This document shows positions 1 through 7,388 of a DNA stretch of 23,128 nucleotides, piece after piece. The notes below the pieces were generated by a model, which saw only the letters and a program-made list of their open reading frames with translations, was not told the DNA's origin and ran no database searches. Each line of letters begins with the position of its first letter. Position 1 is the first letter of the stretch. The translations under genes were made by a program, and so were the position numbers. Where the stretch lies: IMG/VR virus record IMGVR_UViG_3300029825_000002, positions 1 to 23,128 of that record. The stretch is one strand, 5' to 3'. The stretch comes from a virus.

Positions 1-2
1 AA

Positions 3-431
3 GTACATTATTGGACATTCCATGTATCTGAAAATTCTTTATTTGATGATATCTTAAAGCAAGGGGTTCATAGAATACCTAGATTATGGTTAAATGAATT
101 TTCACAAAGACAATTAAAATTATTACTTGATACTTTAATGCAAGGTGATGGGACAGTAAATAGAAAAACTTATCATACACATAGTTTAGGTTTAGCACAA
201 GATGTTCAAGAATTAGCTCATAAATTGGGTATAAAAACATCTATAAAAGAGCAATCCAGAACGTATAAAGGTAAACCATATGTAATGTATGCCTGTTATC
301 TAATGAAAGATGATTTTTCAAGAATAAACAAGATACAAAAATATTTGTATACGGGTAACGTTTGGTGTGTAAATGTTAATAATGGTTTTATTGTTACTAG
401 ATGTGATAATAAGATAGCTGTAACAGGTAAT
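3..431 (+). mobile_element. Intein (C-terminal part) with LAGLIDADG homing endonuclease domain
   Basis: Contains a LAGLIDADG-like motif LLLDTLMQGDG preceded by RIP, a block H-like segment SLGLAQDVQELAHKLGI, a block F-like YTGNVWCVNVNNG, and the terminal ...IAVTGN (AAT 429-431) followed by Cys+1 (TGT 432-434). Confidence 0.9.
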
Positions 432-581
432 TGTGATTCATTAGGATTAGCTGTATATGGTACTAGAAAACAAGTTGAACTAGTTAAAATTGAGGTACAA
501 AATAAAAATCCAATAAGACAAAATATAAGAGCAACAGGTAACTATAAAAGGAAAAATAGATTAACCGCTAGAAGGAGGTAA
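3..581 (+). CDS. terL: Terminase large subunit, 3' fragment, containing an intein (5'-truncated by the window; the ATG at 138 is internal)
   Basis: The frame is open from base 3 (VHYWTF...LLLDTLMQGDG). After the intein C-terminus the extein reads CDSLGLAVYG, resembling the final Asp-containing motif (DDxxD-S/A-L-x-L-A) of TerL RNase H-like nucleases. It lies immediately upstream of the portal. Confidence 0.8.
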   Translation, partial: VHYWTFHVSENSLFDDILKQGVHRIPRLWLNEFSQRQLKLLLDTLMQGDGTVNRKTYHTHSLGLAQDVQELAHKLGIKTSIKEQSRTYKGKPYVMYACYLMKDDFSRINKIQKYLYTGNVWCVNVNNGFIVTRCDNKIAVTGNCDSLGLAVYGTRKQVELVKIEVQNKNPIRQNIRATGNYKRKNRLTARRR

Positions 582-587
582 TTAAAT

Positions 588-2201
588 TTGGGAGTAAATG
601 CAGATAATTATTATAACTTTAGTAAAAATATAGATTCAAACGCATTATTTTTAACACCTTTAATGAAAGAGAATTTAAGTGATGAAGATATTGCTAGGTT
701 ACAAAATTACAAATTATATTGGGATTTTTATGACGGTTATCATTGGGACAGCATACCAGATGAAGATAAGCCACAAGTAACTGAAAATTATTGTAGAGCT
801 TTTGTTAATAAGTTTGTAGCTTTTGAATTAAGTAAGGGATTTAATATAAAAGTTAATTCAGAGGATATAGATAGTGATATAGATGCAGAAGTAAAAACTC
901 CAATAACAGATTTTTTAAATGAAGTCTGGAAAGATAATAAAAAGTTAAAATTTTGTGTAAACTTAGGACAAGAAAAATCAATAACAGGTAATGGGTGGAT
1001 TCAGATAAAGTATGAAGCACCAGGAGATTTTGATGACCCTTTTAATGAACATCCTAAAGGAAGAATTGGGGTAAGAGCCATACCTTCAATGGTTGTTTTT
1101 CCAGAATATGACCCACATGACACAGAAAAGTTAGTTAAAGTAACAATAATGTATCCTATAAATGTGGAACAACCTAGAATGTTTAATATTGGTAGTCCTA
1201 AATTAACACAAGTAATCTATAAGCAAGTTTATACTAAAGATAGAATACAGGTTATACAGGATGATGTAACTTTAGTTGATATACCTAATAAATATAAGGT
1301 TATCCCCTTTGTTCATATTGCTAACTTTCCAGAGATAGGTAAAACAGAAGGACTTTCAGATTTAACAGATGTAGTTCCTTTGAATGTAGAATTAAATTTA
1401 AAAAAGAGTGATATATCTGAAATAATTGATTACTATTCAGCACCAGTAACAGTTGTTTATGGAGCAAGTATAGAAAACCTTCAAAGGGGTGCTAATAAAA
1501 TTTGGGGTGGATTACCCAAAGACGGAAAGATAGAAAATTTGGAGTTAAAGAGTGATTTAGTAGCTGCTAATAACTATGTAGATGCTTTAAAACAAACAAT
1601 GCATGAAGTAAGTAATGTACCTTCAGGAGCATTGGGGGGAGAACAAGCAATAAGTAATACTTCGGGAGTAGCTTTACAATTTGTGAATATGCCTTTAATA
1701 GATAGAACAAGAATAAAAAGAATGTGTACAGAAGAAGGACTTGAACTAACTAACAAGATAATATTGCTTATGGGTAAAATGGAGAATTTAATAACAATGC
1801 CTAAAGATATGACACCTAAAGATTTTTATAGTAATGAAGTTTCATTTCCTGATACTTTACCTAAGGATACTTTAATAGAATTACAGGAGATACAAATGGA
1901 AATGAAACAAGGACTAGAAAATAGAATTGGTGCTATGCAGAGATTAGGTAAAGAAAATATACCTAAATATATTAAAGCAATAGATAAAGATATGGAAGAG
2001 CATCCTTTAGTTTATGGTATTAATCCTGTACAAGCTAATAATGTAAAGAATGTTGAAGATTATCCTGGTGGTAGTAATTCCACTAATAATACAACACAAC
2101 CTGGAGGTAATTTAAATTCGGGTTTAACTAATGGAACAACACCTATAGAACAAGTTAGAAAAGAAATAACAGGACAGAATATGGGACTAGGAAAAAAGTA
2201 A
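588..2201 (+). CDS. Portal protein (SPP1 gp6-like), TTG start
   Basis: 537 aa directly after terL. Motifs YWDFYDGYHW, NYCRAFVNK, IPFVHIAN...GLSDL and ISNTSGVALQ are typical of SPP1-type portals. SD AAGGAGG precedes the TTG. Confidence 0.9.
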   Translation: MGVNADNYYNFSKNIDSNALFLTPLMKENLSDEDIARLQNYKLYWDFYDGYHWDSIPDEDKPQVTENYCRAFVNKFVAFELSKGFNIKVNSEDIDSDIDAEVKTPITDFLNEVWKDNKKLKFCVNLGQEKSITGNGWIQIKYEAPGDFDDPFNEHPKGRIGVRAIPSMVVFPEYDPHDTEKLVKVTIMYPINVEQPRMFNIGSPKLTQVIYKQVYTKDRIQVIQDDVTLVDIPNKYKVIPFVHIANFPEIGKTEGLSDLTDVVPLNVELNLKKSDISEIIDYYSAPVTVVYGASIENLQRGANKIWGGLPKDGKIENLELKSDLVAANNYVDALKQTMHEVSNVPSGALGGEQAISNTSGVALQFVNMPLIDRTRIKRMCTEEGLELTNKIILLMGKMENLITMPKDMTPKDFYSNEVSFPDTLPKDTLIELQEIQMEMKQGLENRIGAMQRLGKENIPKYIKAIDKDMEEHPLVYGINPVQANNVKNVEDYPGGSNSTNNTTQPGGNLNSGLTNGTTPIEQVRKEITGQNMGLGKK

Positions 2202-2205
2202 ATAA

Positions 2206-2248
2206 AGCATACTATTAAAATTAATTTAAGTATGCTATAGTAATTATA
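2206..2248 (+). promoter_or_regulatory. Inverted repeat (AGCATACT-N15-AGTATGCT) overlapping a candidate extended -10 element (TGcTATAGT) upstream of scaffold/capsid
   Basis: Perfect 8-bp arms at 2206-2213 and 2229-2236 in the portal-scaffold gap, with TG-N-TATAGT at 2233-2241. Function (hairpin, operator or promoter) is inferred only. Confidence 0.4.
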
Positions 2249-2275
2249 GGATAAAAAATTAGGAGGTAGAAATTA

Positions 2276-3136
2276 ATGATTTCAAAAAAATTAGGTTTTA
2301 TAGTAAAAATTAATGCATTTTTAAACAAGGTAAAGTCACACTTTTTTATAACTGCTTATGCAGATGAAAAAGATGATAAGATTAAGGAACTTGAAAATCA
2401 ATTAAAGGAGCAACAAGAAAAAGATAAAAATAAAACGGTAGAGCAACTTCAAAAAGAATTAAAGGAACTAAAAGAGCAACAGGAAAAAGAAAATAAAGGA
2501 AAGTTTGATGCCAGTAGCATTGCAGATTTATTAACTAAGGCTAGAAAGGATGAAAGAGAAAAGCTTTATCCTAAGATAGACAAACTTGAAAAAGAGTTAA
2601 AGGAACTTAAAGAAAAGAAACCAGATAATAATAAGGATAAAGATAAGGATTCTGAAATAGCTAAACTTCAAGAAGAAATTGCAAAACTTCAAAAAGGGGA
2701 CAGTAAATCTGAAACTAATACTACTCCAGAAATAGATGTAGAAAAGATTCAGAAAGAAATAGCTAAAAAGATAGAGAAACAGAATAAAGATTCTGAAGCT
2801 AAAGTTCAAAAAGTAATAGATGCTTATGAAGTTAAACTTTATCGTTCTCAAAAAATTAATGAATTACAGGCTGAAGGTAAAGGCTGTATACCAGAGTTAA
2901 TTATGGGAGAAACAAAAGAGGAAATTGATGCTTCAATAGAATTATCCACAAAACGCTATGAAGATATAGCAGGTTCAGTGGTTAAAAAAGAAAGTGCAAA
3001 AGTTCCTTTTGCTAGTCCTAATTTAGCACAACTTACTGGTTCAATGGGTTCTTTAGCCAATATGAGTGAAGAACAAATTAGAAATATGTCTCCAGAAGAA
3101 TGGAGCAAAGCTAGAGCAAAAATGGGATTAAAATAA
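2276..3136 (+). CDS. Capsid scaffolding protein with N-terminal leader peptide
   Basis: Lys/Glu-rich coiled coil (repeats KELKELKE, LKEQQEK) with a C-terminal helix MSPEEWSKARAKMGLK. Lies between portal and capsid; SD AGGAGGT. Confidence 0.85.
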   Translation: MISKKLGFIVKINAFLNKVKSHFFITAYADEKDDKIKELENQLKEQQEKDKNKTVEQLQKELKELKEQQEKENKGKFDASSIADLLTKARKDEREKLYPKIDKLEKELKELKEKKPDNNKDKDKDSEIAKLQEEIAKLQKGDSKSETNTTPEIDVEKIQKEIAKKIEKQNKDSEAKVQKVIDAYEVKLYRSQKINELQAEGKGCIPELIMGETKEEIDASIELSTKRYEDIAGSVVKKESAKVPFASPNLAQLTGSMGSLANMSEEQIRNMSPEEWSKARAKMGLK

Positions 3137-3156
3137 TTAAGGAGGAATAGAAACAT

Positions 3157-4248
3157 ATGAATAAGAAAAGACAGATATTTAATAAACTTAGGAACTTTAC
3201 ATTAAGTTCAATACTAAAGAAAATAAGAGCAAATTTTTTTATTACTGCTTATGCAGATAATACTATGGCAACAGCAATAGGTACTGGAGCAGGAACAGCA
3301 GCAACAATGCAACCATTACCAAATGCTTTAAGAGTAGTTTACTCAAAGGATATAGAGTATAAAGCTCTACCACAAATGAAATTTAGACAATTTGCAACCT
3401 TAAAAACAGATTTAACAGTTACACCAGGTAGAACTATTGAAATGTTAACTTATGATAACTTAAAGAGGGGTGGAAAACTTACAGAAGGTATTCATATGCA
3501 GACACAAGGTATGAATGATTCTGCAAAAGATATTACAGTTTATGAATATGGTAATGCTGTAGCTCAATCTTTCTTGTTAATGCAAACATCATGGGATAAC
3601 ACCATGAATGAAGCAACTACTCTTTTATCAAGAGATTATGCAATTACTCTTGATTGTGAATTAAGGGACGCTGCTTTATCTGGAACAAATGTTATCTATG
3701 CTAGAAATACAAGTACAGGAAATACAACTGCTTCTCGTTCTGCCATTACTGCTCAATGTGGTATGAATGTGGCTACAATAAAAGATGCTGTAGAAGTATT
3801 AAGTACTAATAATGCTCCAAAGTATCAAGGATTGTATTGGATTTGTTTTGTACATCCACATCAATCAAGGGTATTAAGAGATGACCCTGCATGGATAGAA
3901 GCATCTAAGTATGGTAAGCCTGACCAACTCTTTACTGGTGAAATTGGAATGATAGATGATGTTAAATTCATTGAAACTACTATTATGAGTAATGGTGGAG
4001 TTGGAGAAGATGACCCAGGATATAATGCTGACCTTAAAGCAGGTGCAGGTTCACCAGTTAATCAAGTAAATATTTATCAGGCTATCCTTTTTGGTGATGT
4101 TTTCTTTGGACTAGCTACAGCTTATCCAGTTGAAATGAGACATAGCGGAATAGTTGATTTCGGAAGAGAGATTGGACTTGCATGGTACGGAATATTTGGT
4201 ACTGGAATTTTGCATGATGACTATGGAATTAGAATTGAGACAGCGTAA
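3157..4248 (+). CDS. Major capsid protein (HK97 fold, N4-gp56-like family) with N-terminal leader
   Basis: 363 aa. Motifs ITVYEYGNAV, DYAITLD..LRDA and YWICFVHP...LRDDPAW...YG....LFTGEIG.IDDVKFIET are characteristic of N4-gp56-type capsids. SD AAGGAGG. Confidence 0.9.
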   Translation: MNKKRQIFNKLRNFTLSSILKKIRANFFITAYADNTMATAIGTGAGTAATMQPLPNALRVVYSKDIEYKALPQMKFRQFATLKTDLTVTPGRTIEMLTYDNLKRGGKLTEGIHMQTQGMNDSAKDITVYEYGNAVAQSFLLMQTSWDNTMNEATTLLSRDYAITLDCELRDAALSGTNVIYARNTSTGNTTASRSAITAQCGMNVATIKDAVEVLSTNNAPKYQGLYWICFVHPHQSRVLRDDPAWIEASKYGKPDQLFTGEIGMIDDVKFIETTIMSNGGVGEDDPGYNADLKAGAGSPVNQVNIYQAILFGDVFFGLATAYPVEMRHSGIVDFGREIGLAWYGIFGTGILHDDYGIRIETA

Positions 4249-4269
4249 AATTGAGGTGGTGAATTAATT

Positions 4270-4707
4270 ATGCTAAAGATGCAGGATGTTTACAATATAG
4301 TGGATAATCCACAGAAAGTATATAGAGAATTTGATGTGCTAAGAAGTGCAATAAAAGAAGATTTTAAAGTTGTTATTGAACCAGTTACTTTTAGTAATTT
4401 AAAAGTTGCTACAGCTAACTTAGGTGGAGTTCAAAAAATAGTAACTTTTGATTTAGTTAACTCCAATGGATTTATACATGATTGGTATTCTGGTGCTATG
4501 ACAATAACAGCAACTAAAAGTTCAGTAGCAGGAACAGTTTCCATTGGGAGTACAAGTTTAGTAGATGGAAAAGTTGCTGTACAAGTAACCTTGGGTGGAA
4601 CATGGGTGGCTAATGATACATTTACATTAACTATTACACCACCAACAGTTAAAGGTGTTACTGCAACAGTACCAGTAACTACAGATGTAACCACAATAAT
4701 AGCTTAA
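4270..4707 (+). CDS. Putative capsid decoration / Ig-like beta-rich virion protein
   Basis: Directly follows the capsid gene and precedes a hairpin. Thr/Val/Gly-rich beta-strand composition; SD GAGGTGG. Confidence 0.55.
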   Translation: MLKMQDVYNIVDNPQKVYREFDVLRSAIKEDFKVVIEPVTFSNLKVATANLGGVQKIVTFDLVNSNGFIHDWYSGAMTITATKSSVAGTVSIGSTSLVDGKVAVQVTLGGTWVANDTFTLTITPPTVKGVTATVPVTTDVTTIIA

Positions 4708-4716
4708 TAAGTTTAT

Positions 4717-4742
4717 GGGAGGGAATAAATGCCCTCCTTATT
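4717..4742 (+). terminator. Putative (weak) intrinsic terminator or stabilising hairpin after capsid/decoration genes
   Basis: GGAGGG (4718-4723) pairs with CCCTCC (4732-4737); only a short, interrupted T tract (TTATT) follows. Confidence 0.6.
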
Positions 4743-4787
4743 AAAAATAAAACAGAAAAATAATGTAAATTTAGGAGGTAATTTAAT

Positions 4788-5108
4788 ATGGCAGGATTAA
4801 AACCAGTAGGTAATAATAAAAATGATAATAAAGGTAATACTGAAACACCAGTAGAACAACCTAAAGTTGAAGGGGAAGTAATAGAACAAAAACCAGAAGA
4901 AGATATTGTTATAAATATAGACGCTAATAAACAGGAGGAAAAACCAAAAGAATCTAAAGTTAAAATGGTTAATGTAACAGCAGCAGTGAATCATAAATGT
5001 TATATAGGTGGAAAATGGTATTACTTTACTAAAGGTAAATCACAGGATGTTCCTAAAGAAGTAAAAGACATACTGAATCTATCAAGAGATAGAATATTGA
5101 TGCCTTAA
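4788..5108 (+). CDS. Hypothetical head-associated protein
   Basis: 106 aa, SD AGGAGGT. Disordered charged N-terminus and compact C-terminal domain (CYIGGKWYYFTKG..QDVPKEV..IL); position after the capsid. Confidence 0.65.
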   Translation: MAGLKPVGNNKNDNKGNTETPVEQPKVEGEVIEQKPEEDIVINIDANKQEEKPKESKVKMVNVTAAVNHKCYIGGKWYYFTKGKSQDVPKEVKDILNLSRDRILMP

Positions 5109-5127
5109 ATGTTAGGAGGTATTCTTT

Positions 5128-5871
5128 ATGGATGCTACAACACTATTAATTAATCAGTTAAAAGATTATTTCGGGTCAGAAGTTTTAGCTGACCCCGAAT
5201 TTTCATTTGCAGATGCAGATTTAATTAATAAGTTAACAACAGTGGCAGGGAAAGATTTAAGTAGCTTACAACCTTATCAATATGAAGGGGTAATATTAAG
5301 AACTGCTAGAGATATTTATTGGAAACTTGCTACAATTAATGCACCTTTATATTCTATAGATGTTGAAAAAACTAAAATATATAAGAATCAAAGATTTGAC
5401 CATTATTTAGCACTTATTCAGCAATTAGATGTAGAGTATTCCACATATATTTCAAATACACCACAAAGTACAGTACAACAGGGAGAAATATTCATAGATA
5501 AATATAATTGTTTAACACAGAGAAATTATGAAAATACACCTGTTCCTAGTCCAATAATTACACTAGATATGATTTATAACAATAAAGTAGAATTAAGTTG
5601 GACGAGAAGTATAAGCAGTTTATTTTATGAGTATTTGTTGTTCCTAGATACAAGTTTAATATTTGATAAATATGTAAAGCAGACGGATTATTATAAACGT
5701 ATTACATCAAGTACAGCTAAATTAATATTTAATAGCTATGATAAATCTCAACATCAATTTAGAATTGAAGATTTAGTACCTGGAACTTTATATCATGTTT
5801 TAATAATGGAAAGATTAAAAAATGGAGTAATGGGATTAAACGAAACAACATTTAGTACTCCTGTAATATAA
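5128..5871 (+). CDS. Putative head-completion/adaptor protein with C-terminal fibronectin type III-like domain
   Basis: Helical N-terminal half in the adaptor position. The C-terminal half shows FN3 hallmarks (VELSW, YEY, FRIEDLVPGTLYHV, TFST). SD AGGAGGT. Confidence 0.6.
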   Translation: MDATTLLINQLKDYFGSEVLADPEFSFADADLINKLTTVAGKDLSSLQPYQYEGVILRTARDIYWKLATINAPLYSIDVEKTKIYKNQRFDHYLALIQQLDVEYSTYISNTPQSTVQQGEIFIDKYNCLTQRNYENTPVPSPIITLDMIYNNKVELSWTRSISSLFYEYLLFLDTSLIFDKYVKQTDYYKRITSSTAKLIFNSYDKSQHQFRIEDLVPGTLYHVLIMERLKNGVMGLNETTFSTPVI

Positions 5872-5884
5872 AGTAGGTGATTGT

Positions 5885-6331
5885 ATGAAAGATACCACTC
5901 TTGAAGATGTAATGGAAGTATATGAGGAAGTTGGAAATATTCTTCATGTGCTAACTTTACGAAAAGATATAGTTGCACAAGATGATATTTATAACGAATC
6001 CAAAGTAAAATCATATACAGAATTTTGTACTTTGTTTACTTTTCCAGAATTAGAACCTAAACCAGAAAGTATAAGTGAAATAGGGTTACAGAAAAAATGT
6101 TCTGCAATATTTAAGGTTTGTGCTTTAGACCTTCAAAAAAATAATCTATTAGATGCAGACTTTGTTATGCTAGATGAAGAAAATTTACTTAAATCAGTAG
6201 TTCAATTTAAAGGAGCTAATTATTCTATTGTAAATATTGGTCCTAGAAGTGCTTATATGAACGCATTTTTAACTTATGCTTTAGAAGCAACCAAAATAGG
6301 TGGTGTTTCTGTATGGAAGGGGGATATGTAA
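5885..6331 (+). CDS. Putative head-closure (stopper, SPP1 gp16-like) protein
   Basis: 148 aa in the neck region. DDIYNE near the N-terminus and VQFKGANYSIVNI near the C-terminus fit head-closure proteins. SD AGGTGA. Confidence 0.6.
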   Translation: MKDTTLEDVMEVYEEVGNILHVLTLRKDIVAQDDIYNESKVKSYTEFCTLFTFPELEPKPESISEIGLQKKCSAIFKVCALDLQKNNLLDADFVMLDEENLLKSVVQFKGANYSIVNIGPRSAYMNAFLTYALEATKIGGVSVWKGDM

Positions 6332-6382
6332 TTTGGGGTAGAATTTACTGGTGATTGGGAAAGGTTATTTAAAATTTTTGAA

Positions 6383-6784
6383 ATGCTTAGAACTAGACTT
6401 ACACCTTTATGTAAAGTAGCTATAATGGATAGTGGTAAATTAGTTTTAGATAAAATAGTAGAACATATAGATAATCAAGATTTAGGATGGAAACCTAAAG
6501 CAAAAAATCCTGGTCAACCTTTATATATGGAAACTGGAACATTAAAAAGGGATTTACAAGTAACTAAATTGGGTGAAACAGATAATGGTATTTCTATTTT
6601 TATAGGTCCACCTCCCAATGGAATACATGAACCTAGTAGATTACCTTATAAAGAATTAATGGTTTATTTAGAATTTGGAACATCTAAAGCACCTGCTAGA
6701 CCATTGATTAGACCAACATGGAATGAAATGAAACCTATAATAGAAAAGTATATTAAGCAGTATTTAAGAGATAAATTGAAGTAA
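6383..6784 (+). CDS. HK97 gp10-like neck/tail-completion protein (true start probably near 6332)
   Basis: Motifs PLYMETGTL and YLEFGTSKAPARPLIRPTW match HK97 gp10-like proteins. The frame stays open upstream to 6332 (FGVEFTGDWERL) and no SD lies near ATG 6383. Confidence 0.8.
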   Translation: MLRTRLTPLCKVAIMDSGKLVLDKIVEHIDNQDLGWKPKAKNPGQPLYMETGTLKRDLQVTKLGETDNGISIFIGPPPNGIHEPSRLPYKELMVYLEFGTSKAPARPLIRPTWNEMKPIIEKYIKQYLRDKLK

Positions 6785-6798
6785 GGAGGGGAGAAATA

Positions 6799-7374
6799 AT
6801 GGGAAGTGTTTGGCATAGAGAAATAAATAAGGCTTTAATTAGTACTTTAACAGGTATACAATGTATTAATACTTTGGGAGTTAAAACTAATGTACCTATC
6901 ATTCCCAGGTATCCAGAAAAAGAATATAAAATTGAAACTTTCCCCTCAATTACTTTTGCTCCTATGGATGAACGATTTATGTCTAAGCTATTCTCAGAGC
7001 AATTAAGATATGTTTCTAGTGTAGATGCAAATAACATGGGAACGTATGAACAGCAGATAAAACCTTATAGATTTCAATATCAGATTGATTTATGGAGTAA
7101 TTTTCAATCTGATATGGATGATATGACAATGCAATTTAACGATTTAATTGGAGAACATTCTATACTACCAACTATATCAAATACAGGAGAAACTTATAGT
7201 TCTCCTATAGATAGAATTGGAGGAAATACTAGATTAGAAGAACATATTGAGGATACAACTAATCAGAGAATTTTTCATACTATTTATATATATAATATAC
7301 AGGGGTATATAGATGAAAAACTTGCTGATATAATTAGAGTAGTAACAGAGGTTGTTACAAAGAATACTAATTAA
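6799..7374 (+). CDS. Putative tail terminator / sheath cap protein (Pvc16/Afp16-like position and pattern)
   Basis: Immediately upstream of the sheath; FPSITF and PYRFQYQIDLWS motifs; SD AAGGAGG. Confidence 0.6.
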   Translation: MGSVWHREINKALISTLTGIQCINTLGVKTNVPIIPRYPEKEYKIETFPSITFAPMDERFMSKLFSEQLRYVSSVDANNMGTYEQQIKPYRFQYQIDLWSNFQSDMDDMTMQFNDLIGEHSILPTISNTGETYSSPIDRIGGNTRLEEHIEDTTNQRIFHTIYIYNIQGYIDEKLADIIRVVTEVVTKNTN

Positions 7375-7388
7375 AGGAGGAATAATAA

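Noticed and set aside
138-581. Stand-alone 147-aa gene starting at ATG 138
   Set aside because: The frame is open to the window start and the Met lies within the LAGLIDADG motif; this is the tail of an intein-containing terminase.
2370-2700. Repeated A-rich DNA in the scaffold gene as a CRISPR or tandem repeat array
   Set aside because: Explained by KELKE/EQQEK coiled-coil heptads; there is no repeat-spacer periodicity.
2330-3258. Leader as a canonical Prp (L27-type) cleavage site or canonical Sec signal peptide
   Set aside because: It lacks the NLQxF|A consensus and lacks an uninterrupted hydrophobic h-region; kept as a distinct, unexplained motif instead.
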